Origin: Tubulanus polymorphus
Taxonomy: Eukaryota; Animalia; Nemertea
NCBI RefSeq assembly: GCF_964204645.1
Contig: NC_134032.1
Coordinates: forward strand, 5,320,275-5,384,274
DNA: 64,000 nt
Direction: 5' to 3'
Part shown: positions 51,637 to 63,639 of the stretch, one piece after another
How the letters are laid out: every line of letters starts with the position of its first letter
Position numbering within the stretch: position 1 is the first letter of the stretch
Program-made: the position numbers and the translations under genes
Notes under the pieces: generated by a model
Told to the model about the DNA's origin: nothing
Database searches by the model: none
The model's input: only the letters and a program-made list of their open reading frames with translations

Positions 51637-52643
51637 TTATACTTGGGTGATCATTACACCGTATTCAGGTGTTTTTCGTACTCCAGAAGTGTCTTTTGCG
51701 CAGTACGGACACCTGTATTCCTGATTCGAGTGACTCGAATCATACCAACAGGGCGTCATGTTGGCTAGTTCGGGTATATCGTCATTAAAATTAATGTCTT
51801 TCAATTTTTTCCATTGTTCCAATGTTAGTTTTACACCGCATCTAGTCGGGGAAACACCGAGAGGTTCATCGAATAGATCGTATTTTCGGATATCTACGTA
51901 AATACGATGATCGTGACTAGACCTATATATTTTGATAAAGTTCGTACGACCAACAGTCATTACACCCACGTATTCGATGTCTTCTTTAACGCGCGCAATT
52001 TCGTTTTCGATATCGGATTTAAAAAAATCTATATGCACCCACTCTTGGAGATCGAGCGAAATACCGTTTTTAGTGGGATACAGTTGTTTTCTTCGTTCAC
52101 AGCACTCGTAGGACCGTAAATCTACACGTTTTACCCCCTGCCACGTTTTCGCACTCGCGTAAACAAGAGATCCTAGATAATGAGGCTCGGGGTCATTGTT
52201 CCAGGTATTCCGTTGAACTTTCGACGGAACAGCGTTGTCATTAACGATTGAACCTATAAAACAATAAAAAATATTCTATATCAGTATGCGTATGACTTAA
52301 TATTTGACGGTTTCGAATACCGGTATAGTTATAAAAACTTACTAAAGTCGAGTTTGAGCGAGGGGTGTTTTCTTTTCCTAGATTGAAGAGAGGACTTTGC
52401 TCGAATCGGTGTGCTTGACATTTCTAAAATACTTTGTCCACTAGTCGAATCAATCTGGGCGATACAGGTCGATGTTGACGGTTCAAAGTTTCTGAGCCGA
52501 ATGATTAGTTTATGGATTTACATGGCGTTTTTATTGTCAGAAAATGACTTGCCCGAACACGATTTACGGTTTCACTTGTTGTTGCGAAATATATTTCGCC
52601 CAAACTCGTTCATGATTTCACAATAGCCGTTAAAAGACGCCAT
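51637..52643 (-). pseudogene. PC4/SUB1-like ssDNA-binding protein gene, probably spliced (intron about 52343-52254)
   Basis: IYVDIRKY...PTRCGVKLTLEQWKKL is a PC4 signature. ATG at 52643 in a TTCCAAGATGG context; the upstream part is disrupted. Confidence 0.7.
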
Positions 52644-52671
52644 CTTGGAAATATTCCCCCACTCCCCCTTC

Positions 52672-52736
52672 CTCTCACGCACACACACACGCACACGCAC
52701 ACGCACACGCACACGCACACACACACACACACACAC
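52672..52736 (+). repeat. (CA)n/(CACACG)n microsatellite
   Basis: Direct inspection. Confidence 0.9.
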
Positions 52737-53244
52737 GTTCGCGCTTACGCGCGCACGTGTATAGAAATACGTAATATTGAGTCCGATTTAACCGAATGCT
52801 TCCGTACGGATATTGATATAGGAAATAACGCAGTGTATATGATTATTTATTTATTTATTCTATTTATTGTGTATTTTATCTTATTTATTGTGTATTTATT
52901 GTGTATTTGTTATTCATTCTTAATAAAACGAAAGAATGATCAAAACGTAAGTTATTTAATTTTTGGTTTACTTCGTTTCACCCGTACTCGGGACTCTTTG
53001 GAAAAGCGCCATCTAGGATTTAACTTCACTTCCCCCTCACCTCCACGTACACATATGATCTCGTAATAGCGCCATCTAGGATTCAACTTTTCCCATAAAC
53101 ACGCATAGGAATGCGTAAGCGCCATCTAGGATTTACTCCTCCCCCTCCTCTCACACACACGCATAGGATGTCGTACCCAATAAATAAATTTGATTTGGAT
53201 TCGTTGTCAATAATTTGATTTGGATTTAACGGAAAAATTTTGAA

Positions 53245-53402
53245 TTTCCCGCCAAAAATTTAAAATTTGAATTTTAACCGCCACTTCCGCCCGCCATCTT
53301 GGATGACGTCACTTCCGGCCGCCATCTTGGATGACGTCACTTCCGACCGCCATCTTGGATGACGTCACTTCCGGTATGACGTCACTTCCGGTATGACGTC
53401 AT
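53245..53402. promoter_or_regulatory. Tandem TF-motif array: E2F (TTTCCCGCC), YY1 (CCGCCATCTT), CRE (TGACGTCA), ETS (CACTTCCGG)
   Basis: 27-bp unit CCGCCATCTTGGATGACGTCACTTCCG x3 plus partial units; five TGACGTCA sites. Confidence 0.6.
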
Positions 53403-53675
53403 CCCTCCTCCCTCCTCACTCCTCCCTCCTCACTCCACTGCGGTACCATAGTGACATACCCTAACTACTTATATCATTCTCTTTGAATCGAACACTAATG
53501 AATATCACAACGGGGAGTACTTTTAAACCCCCTCATATTTTGGTTACCATATGTCATCATAAACTTTACTAACTCGTAACTAACAACAATCAAATATCCT
53601 GACGTGAATGTGCTTGATTTGTTTCATAACATCATTTTAATACTTGCGAAAAGAACAACAAAAAAAAAAAAAAAA

Positions 53676-54240
53676 ATGGATTCCTTGATCACCGTAGAAA
53701 AGGCATTTTTCGAGTGCAGCGAAATTGAATTAAGCGAAATAATGATGATTAGTTTCGACTGTGAACCAGGTTATGGATTTTGTCACGGTTATTGTAGAAT
53801 GATCGTACATATTTCGGACTTAAAACTGACGAAATGCTGTAAGATAAGGTATTTGTTCGGTATGTTGGGAGATAACGGTGAAAAGGTGTGAACCTAACTC
53901 AAAGAATTTCAACTGCCCGATGGAAGATTGTTCAGCTATTCATAACTTGACGCGTAGGATCCGAACAACAATGTGTCGCCGCTGTAAAGATTGGAAGTCA
54001 CCTGACGTTTATCAGTCCTGTATTGCCGGAACATTTTGTAGAAAATGCAAAGATGACCTCGAAACATCATCTGATTTACAGATGTGTTTTAAGTGTTTAT
54101 CGCGTGTTTGCAGCATTAAATTGCGCGCGATATGTATGGAACATTGCAAAACTGAGAGATTTTGTGGATGCGTTATTCACGATGTGTGTGTCAAGGCGTT
54201 CAGCAATAATCGTGAAAAATGTATAAAATGTAAAAAATAG
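53676..54240 (+). pseudogene. Cys-rich protein with a C-terminal RING-like finger (one frameshift near 53880)
   Basis: CFKC...CGCVIHDVC...CIKC plus further CxxC pairs; AATAAA at about 54282. Confidence 0.55.
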
Positions 54241-54407
54241 AACGCTATTCCTATATTACATATATATATATCTTGGTTTGAAATAAATAACATTGTTTGA
54301 AATATATAACTGTCGTTATTTGGTATTGTTTAATCTATTCGAACGCGGATTATCGCATGAGTAATCGGGTAACAGCTGGTGTGAGCATCCATCGAAATTT
54401 CAAAATC

Positions 54408-54575
54408 CGCCATCTTTGATCACGTGACCACAGTCGCCATCTTGGATCGGGGCGCCATCTTTGATCACGTGACCACAGTCGCCATCTTGGATCGGGGCGC
54501 CATCTTTGATCACGTGACCACAGCCGCCATCTTGGACGGACGCCATCTTGGATCACATGACAGCCGCCATCTTGG
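54408..54575. repeat. Subterminal 45-bp tandem repeats with YY1-like CGCCATCTT and E-box TCACGTGAC
   Basis: Three units plus partials, immediately inside the ACTACT terminus. Confidence 0.85.
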
Positions 54576-54630
54576 ATTTAACCACAACCACAATTTAACC
54601 ACGGGCCTATAGTAACCCACTATCACTACT

Positions 54631-55677
54631 GGGATGCTATAACATTTTTACGCGGCAAACAATGAACCAGTGACACTAACATCATCAAAGTTCATGTCGA
54701 AACGGCTTGAAATACGATGGGTAATTTTCGGGATTCGAACCTAAAAGCGCAACTTAAAAGATGAACCAGCACAATAAGATCAATATTTCATCAATATTTT
54801 ACGGGATTCGAACCTAATAGAAACTGCGTAGAAACTACAGCGACTTATAGGCATTAAAGTTCACATGCTGTTCACATGTAGTGACGCATGCGCACTCTGC
54901 CGATTTCTCATCCTCGCTTGCCAGGGGTCAGGTATCACTCCCGAACTCGCTTCCACCAGCCCCTGGCCTCACGAAGCGTGATTTCATTACTGGCGCTGTT
55001 GCGCATGACGTCATATATCGATTTGCGAAATACTTCCTTGTTCAGTAAAATGTTCGCTGATTGGTCTATTTAACGGGAAAACCAATAGAAGCCTAAAGTC
55101 GTTTGTTACAAGCGATGTGATTGGTACGACCGGATTCTGGTCGGCTAGTAACGACTCCAACGACTCGTGAGGTCAAGGGGTTCGGCGAACAGCTTTAGCG
55201 TAGTGGGTTCGAATCCCTTGACGGGTGAAGATGCCGATTTCTCGACTTGTAGCATTTTCCAGCACTGACTAATGCGCATGCGTCCGCTAGAAACGGAGAC
55301 TTGGGAAACTTTACGGTTTTTGCACGTAAATCGAGACACGCAAAAACCGTAAAGTTTCCCAAGTCTCCGTTTCTACCTAACGCATGCGCATTAGTCAGTG
55401 CTGGAATTGCTCTAAGTCGAGAAATCGGCACATTGTGCATGCGGCACTACATGTGAGCTACATGTAACCTTTAATGACTAATAGTCGCTGTAGTTTCCAT
55501 TAGGTTCGAATCCCGTAAAAATATTGATCTTATTTACGCTGTTCATCTTATAAGCGGCGCTATCAGATTCGAAACCCGAAAATTACTGATCGTATTTCAA
55601 GCGTTACGACATGAACTTTGATGATTAAAGTGTCACTGGGTTATTGTTTGCCGAGTAAAAACTTTGATAGCCCCAGG
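54631..55677. repeat. Large foldback element with a near-perfect 200-bp central hairpin and multiple B-box motifs
   Basis: 54631-54908 is inverted at 55420-55677, with a central palindrome at 55234-55430. A further arm copy lies at about 55960-56082. Confidence 0.85.
54909..55233. mobile_element. 325-bp Mutator-like MITE, copy 2
   Basis: Reverse complement of 15170-15495, with its own 9-bp TSD CCGATTTCT (54900-54908, 55234-55242). Confidence 0.92.
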
Positions 55678-56352
55678 ATTTACTTTTAAGTGCTATTAGG
55701 TTCGAATCCCGAATGTGTAGCAGAAAAATACATTCATCCTTTATAATATACCGATATATATCTTAGATTGTTAGCTTATGGCAAGAGCACTTGAACACCT
55801 GTCATTCCCAAAAATACAAATGATCCTCTAAGAGGATCATGAAAAGTCTTAAGTGACCAAACAAACTGCGCCTTCCCGCTGCGCAAAAGTTCACGCAGGT
55901 TCATTCCGTTATAGTTCTATGTTTCAGCGTTCTGACATGACCCAGTTTAGGAAAAAATACACATGTAGCGACGCATGCGCACGCGACCAATTTCTGGACT
56001 TAGAGGATTTCCCCAACACTTCCTAATGCGCATGCGTTATAAACAGAGACTTGGGAAACTTTACGGTTTTTGCTCGAGACACAGTGTAGGCGGCCATGTT
56101 ACATTGTTCACGTGATGAAATACTGAAATCTGATTGGATCCGTAAAATCCGCGGAAGATGTCGGACCGGCAAAACCTTGGGACAGGCAACCAGTCTAGTT
56201 CATTTGTTGATGGTATAAAATCCGAACTATACAGACGAAACGGAAAATAGGAACCTGGTTTTGAGTCATCTAAAATAGCCAATTCCGTTAACTTCCGTTT
56301 TATTTTCTAAATTAACAAGTGAACTGAAAGTCCGGGGAAAGTTGAAGTTGAA

Positions 56353-56500
56353 ATGGACGCGACGCTGTTGAAGGAGCGAGAGCTGTTCAAGAAGCGTGCA
56401 TTAGCCCAACCGGCGATAGAAAAACGAAAAGCTTCGTCGAAACCCAGCGAATCAGAGAAAAAAACGAAAAAATCCAGACCACTCCCAAAACCTAAAGCAG
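56353..56500 (+). CDS. GTF2E2: General transcription factor IIE subunit beta, coding exon 1
   Basis: [26 protein letters not shown] matches the conserved TFIIE-beta N-terminus (human [20 protein letters not shown]); phase-1 GT donor at 56501. Confidence 0.92.
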
Positions 56501-56668
56501 GTCAGGTGTGAAATTTCTCTGATAATGATATCATTGTCAGAATGTAATGTTGATAAATCAATCCACATTTCAGGCTTACAGCAGGCCTAATCTAGCTGTA
56601 TCAGCCGATAGGTTGCTTTTCAAAGAAATGAATGCACGTGTACGGCTGTGGGTAGCCTTCGTGACAGA

Positions 56669-59600
56669 TTTTTTTCTTCACAATCACACCAGTTTGTAGG
56701 CACTTGTACATTCTGCCAGCTCACAGTGTAACAGTCGACAACGCGAAACTGTGATCGATCGATTGTGCTTTTTTTTACACTCCGTGGTATTTCCGGGTTC
56801 CCCGGGAACCCCGATGACGTAGATATGCGATCACGTCATCACGTGGAGGCTTTTAAGATGGCAGACATTTTCATTTTTGTCTTGTGAAAATCAAGCAAGT
56901 ACTTCCTATTTTTCGTCAACCATGAAAAATTAAGGTGAGTTCAACGATAATTATTTCGTTTGCGTGATGTTTCATTTTCTCAAAAACGCCTGCCCTCTAT
57001 ACTGTCATGTGTTTTAAAGTTAGTAAATGTGGTTTTTAAGAGGGGATCGATTCCGCACTTGACTTAAAATGATCCGCCATTTGAAGTGTCTAGACGGGTC
57101 GAAGATGAAATCCGCCATTTTGGACATAAAAACGGCCTGATTAATTCTCCTTATTACATTAATTTATGGTATGATACTTGTTCAAAACCACTTTTATTTA
57201 GTGAATTTGAGTGTTTTAAATTTGTTACTGGTGTAAAGAAATCATTTTAAGTTTCTGAAGTATGATTTTGAAGTGCCTTTTGAGGTGTTTACAATTTTCG
57301 TGATTTGATCACGTGACCGCTATACTGTGCTGCGATTGGTCTAGACCACACCAAAATAAAAACATTAACACGTGCTTTATTTTCCTAGAGTTTTTAGGCT
57401 GATACACTGTTTATTTCTATGTTTTTGAATGAACAAATCAGTGGAGTATATCAACCAGATCTTCAAAACTGAAATTATATGGCCTATTTTGTCAAAAACG
57501 TATAAATAAAAGCAATTTAAGCATTTATTTAATTACGAGAACTTTATTTCTTTATTTTACAGATGGATGCCCTTACAGAACAATATACTATATCTCCAGA
57601 TGCACCTCAACGAGTAGAATGTTTGGAAAATGGGCACATTCAATTTCTCAAACAGAAGATTTCAAGTACCGGTACCAAGTCAAAAAACACTGTAAATTCT
57701 GAAGTTGCTGATCATCTGAAAACTTGCGTTTGTGATCCAGCGCAATTGCCTGATCATAAAAATTTGGTCTCTGCCATAGGCCGTTCTATTGATAAGTTCA
57801 AGAAAATTAAGAACCCCACCAGAGATATTTCGAAAGTGGAGCAGTTATTCAATGAGCGTTTCAAACTTCCAGCAAGAGTTCATTTAACAGAACCAATTGT
57901 TGAAGTGCCAGTGACTCCGGATAGTGTAGCTACGCCAGGTACAAGTGATTTAACTCTCACCACTCCGCGACAATCTGAGCAGCAGTCATATAAACGTCGT
58001 ATGAACTTTGGCTCTTCATACTCGCCTTCTCCAAAAAAATTTAGAACTGATTGTGCCAAATGTGTGAATCAGCAGATTGCAATTAAGGAGGTCTCTAAGT
58101 TGAAACGCAGTCTTATATATCAACTTAAATCTACAGCGTCTCCCAGAACAGTTCAGCAGTCACTTAATCGTAAGAAGAACATTGAAAGCAGTTTACGTGC
58201 TAAGGCTAAAGCTCTACGTGGAGACCTGAATCAAAAGGAGCGTAAGATTAAAGCTTTAGAGAAAAATGTTGCAACGTTACAGTCAGAACTTGATGATAGT
58301 GAACATTCAAAAGAAATTTTGGCGGCAAAGTCTCAAATTGACATTTTGTTAAAAAAACAAAAAGAGATGCAGTTGATAATAGATCGGTTAGAATCGCAGA
58401 ATTCGGATTTAAAAAAACAAGTGAAAGATCTTCAGACCTCTGTTGACACTTATTCACAGTTACTGGAAGAAGAACAGTCAGTTGCTAAAACTATAAGTGT
58501 CAAGAAAGACAACAAAAACTTATTCAGATTCTTTACGAAGGGCAGCTTATTTGTGTCTTCAGAGTCAAGTGTCCGTTGAACAGGTTGGAAACGTCATTGA
58601 CGGTGTGCTCACTAACCTGACTCCATATTCAGTAGATAAAAAACCTGATGCTTCTACTGTTAGTTATTTCAGCTATGAACTTGGTGTCCTCAGTGACCTT
58701 CAGGTGGCAGAGGTGTTAGTAAACGAGGATAATCTTACCATTTCATGGGATGCAACATCACTGTCGGGTGAGCATGTCAACGAGGTACATATCAACACAT
58801 GAAGTGTCCCACCATCTAGTTATATTATGCAAATAGGAATCCTTTCTGGTGGTGAAACCGGGGACTATGTACAACATATAAAAGATTCGTTAGATGACGT
58901 CATACAGACTTATGCTGCTTATCATAGTATTTCAGCATCTAGTGTACAATCAAAAGTGATCGGTCACTTGAAAAATGCGTTCAGTGACAGGGTGAATGTA
59001 AATGGATCTACAGTGCGTGCACTTGAAGCCGATTTGGATATTAAACTTTTATATTCGAATTGTAATGTCCACCCGTTAGAAAGTGTAGCTCGTAAATGTC
59101 GTGAGTTATTAAAAGAAGAATTTGATCAAGATATTGAAAGTTACACTTTTGGTAGCAACTGTAGAGCAGGAAATTTGTTATATGGGCTATCAAAAATGAG
59201 ATACAAACAAGGTAAAGGGGATCCTGGTGGATTTAAACTGTTTCTGTCTCAAAATGGTCTCAGCGCTGGTGCATTACCCCGTTATGTTGGAAATCGTTTC
59301 CACGTTATATTCCATCTGGCTGCTGTTGTCTTCAGCTTACGTGATCTACAAGTTACTTACCTGGAAACCAGATGTAATGTTAGTAATCCATTGAAACCTG
59401 CGCTATTAAAGGATATGAAAAATCCATTGATCTTGACTCACCTGAGAGTGCTTGGTATCATAGGAAAGCTATTGACTGGACCATGGATGAAAGTCTTTTA
59501 TGCCAATACTGCAAATTTGACTAACCTCCAAACTAGTGGATCTATGAAAACATGTATTGCTAAACTGAAAAATTATAAAGATGACCCATTGATGGTGTTG

Positions 59601-61210
59601 AGAACCAACACTGATGTTTTTGGAACTATTTTGATTGGTGACGGTGTCGCTCAAGACAAGACATTCAAAGCGCTTCGGACACCACTCTCTGATTCTGAGG
59701 AAGAGCAACTGTTTCGTTCTATTGTTTCCAGTTTGATGGCTGGTTGCATTGAAGTCCTGGAACGTCAGCTACATGATTATATTAATGGTGATTAAGCAAA
59801 TCCTTCAGAGGAATTGCTCTAACAAACTCAATCTGTTCCTACTCATAACATGTTTGCTGAAAGAGTGATGGGTTTGGCTGATCATCATTTTAAACGAGCT
59901 CCGAACGCCACTGTTGGTTTTCTTGATGGCAAGATAAAATCGTGTCAGAATCAAACTATAGAATGGCTTGATAGCAAACATGTAACTGAACAAAAAAATA
60001 TTGTTGCGTTCAGTGTGAATCGTGCTCGCTACATGAGGAAAATAATCAAACAAAGGTCAAAGTCAATAATGAATGAGCGGAAAAAGCGCAGTGACAACAA
60101 AGTGCAAAAGTGTGATATGAGCCATCGTAGAAAAATGGAAAGAGCTATCAGGTCACTGTATGAAAATGGTGACCCTGAACAATTTTTCAAGGACTTTGAT
60201 TGTAATGCTGAAAAAAAAGAACTTATATCCAAAATACTTAATGATGTCAACAGCCTCAGTGACCGCCTCATTGAACATTCTTGGCATGACTTGGAAAGTG
60301 CGGAACAGTCCACCTATTTGGGAAAGATTGTTTGGGCTAAGTCCAAAGCTAAAATTCCAACAGTGCGCATTGCTTATTGGACAGCCAATGAAACGTTTCA
60401 GGATGCTGAAGATTACAAGCTGACCGTTCCACCAATCATCTGCGATTTTATGACTGGAGATCTGACATTTATTAATTAGCTTGAAGGTATGAATCGGTGA
60501 AATACTTGTGGATATATATACCCACATACATGCCTTATTTCTGTTTTTTTATGGTTAGATTTGGAATCTACAAGTAAAAACCTAAATTTTGATACCCTAC
60601 AAGGCATGGTTAGGTAAGGTGGGGTGAAATCGTTAATTCAATATGGCCGCCATAAAAAATCCAATATGGCCGCCAAATAACGCACAATTTGGCTTTATTT
60701 GTTCTATGATGTGTTATGATGTTGCAACTTGTTTTCTGGGCACTGTTATCTTAAAGAAATGTTTGCAAAGCTCAGCTACCCTTTAGACGCGAAACTCACA
60801 TCGAAGGTCATATGAAGTTCAAGGTCATGGTGACCTTTGTCAAGGTCAAGGATATTCAAAAATTTTGTTTCGGGTTGAAAACCTTGGGATGTATGTCTGC
60901 TGCAAATTTCATGTAGTTATCTTTACTGTGAGAAAAGTTATGGCTGTTTCAGTAAGAAATCTCATAAAACAATCACAGTTTTTCAGTCTTTTGTCTTAGT
61001 TAAATCAAAGACAAAAGGTGACTAATTTCCATACACTTAAATTTTAATATTTCCGCTACTAGGTGAGCTAGAAAGAAAAGTTATATACCGTAGGCTTTGT
61101 TTTTTCATGCTCTTTCACATGAAATTGGTTTCAGGACTCTATCTCCTGTTTGAAAAAAATGTACAAGTGCCTACAGTTTGGGCGAGCCACTGGACCATTG
61201 GTCCTTTATT
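56669..61210 (+). mobile_element. Intronic DNA transposon with subterminal inverted repeats and a terminal hairpin
   Basis: TGTAGGCACTTGTACATT (56695-56712) is inverted at 61158-61175. Hairpin GGACCATTGGTCC at 61192-61204; T-rich flanks; no TSD seen. Confidence 0.65.
57563..60479 (+). pseudogene. hAT-like DDE transposase (about 970 aa) with coiled coil; one frameshift and three stops
   Basis: ISWDATS (D), AFSDRVNVN (D), NCNVHPL (CxxH), YVGNRFHVIF, PTHNMFAERVMG (E). CAG acceptor directly before ATG 57563 and a donor at about 56935. Confidence 0.75.
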
Positions 61211-62443
61211 AATTTTCGACGGTGTGAAAATACCCCTTTCTAAAAACCATCTACAATTATTTAAATTTTGGGTGCTCTATATTTCAGGATATAAATTGAA
61301 ACCTCGGAACCAGTTTCCGCAATTGTCAGCTGTCTGGATACTTGGGGGTAGTTAAGCATTATGGAGATAGGAGCCTTTCCATCTAAAATAAGCACTACTT
61401 ATTAAGGAAAACGCCTTTAAAATTTTTTTATTATCTTCAGTAGTTTTTGCGCCATTACAAACTGTCAACAGTTACAGGAGTCTACAGGGTGTCTCAGAAA
61501 ATGCACCCTGTTTACTCTACATACAGGCAAGCGTGAGAATAGGATTAGGGTAAGGCTGGCCTTAGTCTAGTACCTAGCCGTTGTTCCTGAAACAACGTCT
61601 AGGGCGAAAGTGCTCATATAAGGTTAATTTTCATCCCTCATTTTGAGGGACGAGGCTTTAAGCGTCTATTTCACCCCTTTAAACACCATCAACTTACCTC
61701 AAACTGACTGTTCTGTAATCAGACGTAAGGTAACTATCGTTTGTGCATAAATTTGTAATCCTAAGAAGCTTTTGACTATCATAGTAGCTCAAAACTTTTG
61801 ACTAGTCGCCTCAAAAAATAGTTGAAGTGAAGCAACATAACAAATATGGCGGCTTTACGTGGTGCATGATGGTAGTGTAAATTACGGATTCGAACTTAAA
61901 CTTGATTGACATTGATGCCAATGCATATATTATTTTTGTTTCAAATTTTTAAGGTTAAAATTGATCAAAATTTATGCGTTTTATCAACAAAAAGTAACAT
62001 TTAGAGTAATTTTAGAGAGACATTGAATTTTCACATTTTATTATTTAGTCCGTATTGAAAATCCCGATAGTGGCAATCAAATCAAATCAATAAATTCTCT
62101 GATTCGCCATTTAAATCATCAAATATTTTATTATAAAACACGTTTTCAAAGTCAACAAGTAACTAATTAATTTATTTTAGTACAAAGGTTTGATTTGACA
62201 CTAAAATCAGTTGTTACATTGCAACTAACAGGAGTTAACCTCTATATGATACTTTAGCGTCAGACGTTGTACGGAACCGAAACAATGACTGGTATTCAGA
62301 CTAGGCTGGCCTATAAATAAATTGATTTCGTCAAGCCTTCAGTTGTCCTCTCTGTGGGTAGAGCACTGGACTATGATTAGATATTTTTCCCACATGGTCT
62401 CGAATGCCTATATCATGAGTCAGAATTGTATTGCGTTGCGCAT

Positions 62444-62530
62444 GTACTAACCAGACTCCCGTACCCACAGCAGTACTAACCAGACTCCCGTACCCGCAGC
62501 AGTACTAACCAGACTCCCGTACCCACAGCA
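62444..62530 (+). repeat. 29-bp tandem repeat x3
   Basis: GTACTAACCAGACTCCCGTACCCACAGCA. Confidence 0.95.
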
Positions 62531-62613
62531 CTTCCGTAACCGTAGACATATGCGTTTTTATATTGGCAGATCCTCAATGATACTGATTGTAACCTTTTCT
62601 CTCTTGTTTTCAG

Positions 62614-62699
62614 ATGAAAGCAGTTTCAATTATAAAACTTCGCAGGGCAGTTCACAGAATAAATTTGGTGTCTTGACCAGAATTGTCAAATTCATGAAG
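62614..62699 (+). CDS. GTF2E2: TFIIE-beta coding exon 2 (gene continues beyond the window)
   Basis: Polypyrimidine tract + CAG acceptor, phase-compatible with exon 1. Encodes (D)ESSFNYKTSQGSSQNKFGVLTRIVKFMK (human SSGYKFGVLAKIVNYMK); GT donor follows. Confidence 0.92.
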
Positions 62700-62938
62700 G
62701 TACTAAGCCTATATTGGGCTATAATGAGGTTGCTAGATATTGAATAATATATTATTTGTCTACCTATGCATATTTTGTAACTAAAATCAATTGCAAACTT
62801 GTTACTTGTGGCATGTTCTGTGATTGTGGTGAGTTTCAAGGTCATTGGTTTCTGTATATCAGTGTTGTCAAAACGTGTTGATAACTAGTAACTTTTACCA
62901 CCCAGACAATGCTCAGTTACCAGCCGGCAAAAAAAATA

Positions 62939-63098
62939 CAGATACCCCTGATATACCGCGCACATCGGTGCAGAACGATTTTGGCGGTATATAGATTATG
63001 GGGGTATTTCGGGGTTGTTGTACTATGTATTTGTATTGTGGTCTACATTGAGAAAATCTGGCTGAAGACAGGGGTGGCGGGATATCTGGGGTTGACTG
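62939..63098. mobile_element. Tc1/mariner-type MITE related to 37336-37534
   Basis: TA|CAGATACCCC...GGGGTTGACTG|TA; shared CACATCGGTGCAGAAC core. Confidence 0.75.
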
Positions 63099-63639
63099 TA
63101 TTTAAAGAGGCTCCCAGGTTATTGAAGTTTTTTCTTTATTCCTTGATTGAAACTAGTGCTTTTCTTTTTTGTCGTCACCTGGAAACCTATTTAGACAATT
63201 TTTAGAAGTAATTTAGTAAGTTACAATATTCAATATTTCAATATTCAAATGTTTTATCTTAAAAACCAAAGTTTTTCATGAATTTTGATAGTTTTATAAT
63301 GTTCCAAAAGCAGGGTAATTGTTTCATCTTCAATGAATAAAAGAGGTAAGGGTCCTCAACACACGCATACCTGTGAATTGGATAAATACTTTTCAAGTTA
63401 TCTTCCAAGTACTCGCATTCTATATCCCATGAAATAGGTCAAGAGGAAACCTGATATGTTGGCGTCTCTAATGCATGAGACTGACCGTGAGAAACCTATC
63501 TCTAAAAATTAGCTTGTTGTGTTCTAGTTATTCTAGAGTGCGAAATAAAGTGAGCTCTCCATTTATGAGGCTGTCCATGGGATCACCATTTTTCATTTCA
63601 AATATCAATTTCAAGTTGTTAATGTTGTTAGATCAATAA

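Larger units (their letters stand above)
49270..54630. mobile_element. Polinton/Maverick relic including one terminus (left boundary uncertain)
   Basis: Adenain-like protease remnant, accessory genes, subterminal tandem motif repeats and an ...ATCACTACT end at 54630 (5'-AGTAGT on the minus strand, the Polinton terminal signature). Confidence 0.72.

Noticed and set aside
53676-54240. Papillomavirus E6- or E1A-like oncoprotein call
   Set aside because: No LxCxE motif, and CxxC spacing does not fit the E6 Cx2C-x29-Cx2C pattern. Left as RING-like.
54350-54612. Repetitive ORFs (WRLWSRDQR...)
   Set aside because: Translation of 45-bp DNA motif repeats.
55139-55233. tRNA or tRNA-derived SINE (GGTTCGAATCCC; also 15170-15280)
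   Set aside because: No cloverleaf or convincing A-box. The motif lies inside a TIR element with 9-bp TSDs and no tail.
61484-61512. Tc1/mariner element (CAGGGTG...CACCCTG)
   Set aside because: Only about 27 bp; cannot be distinguished from a chance palindrome or a tiny remnant.
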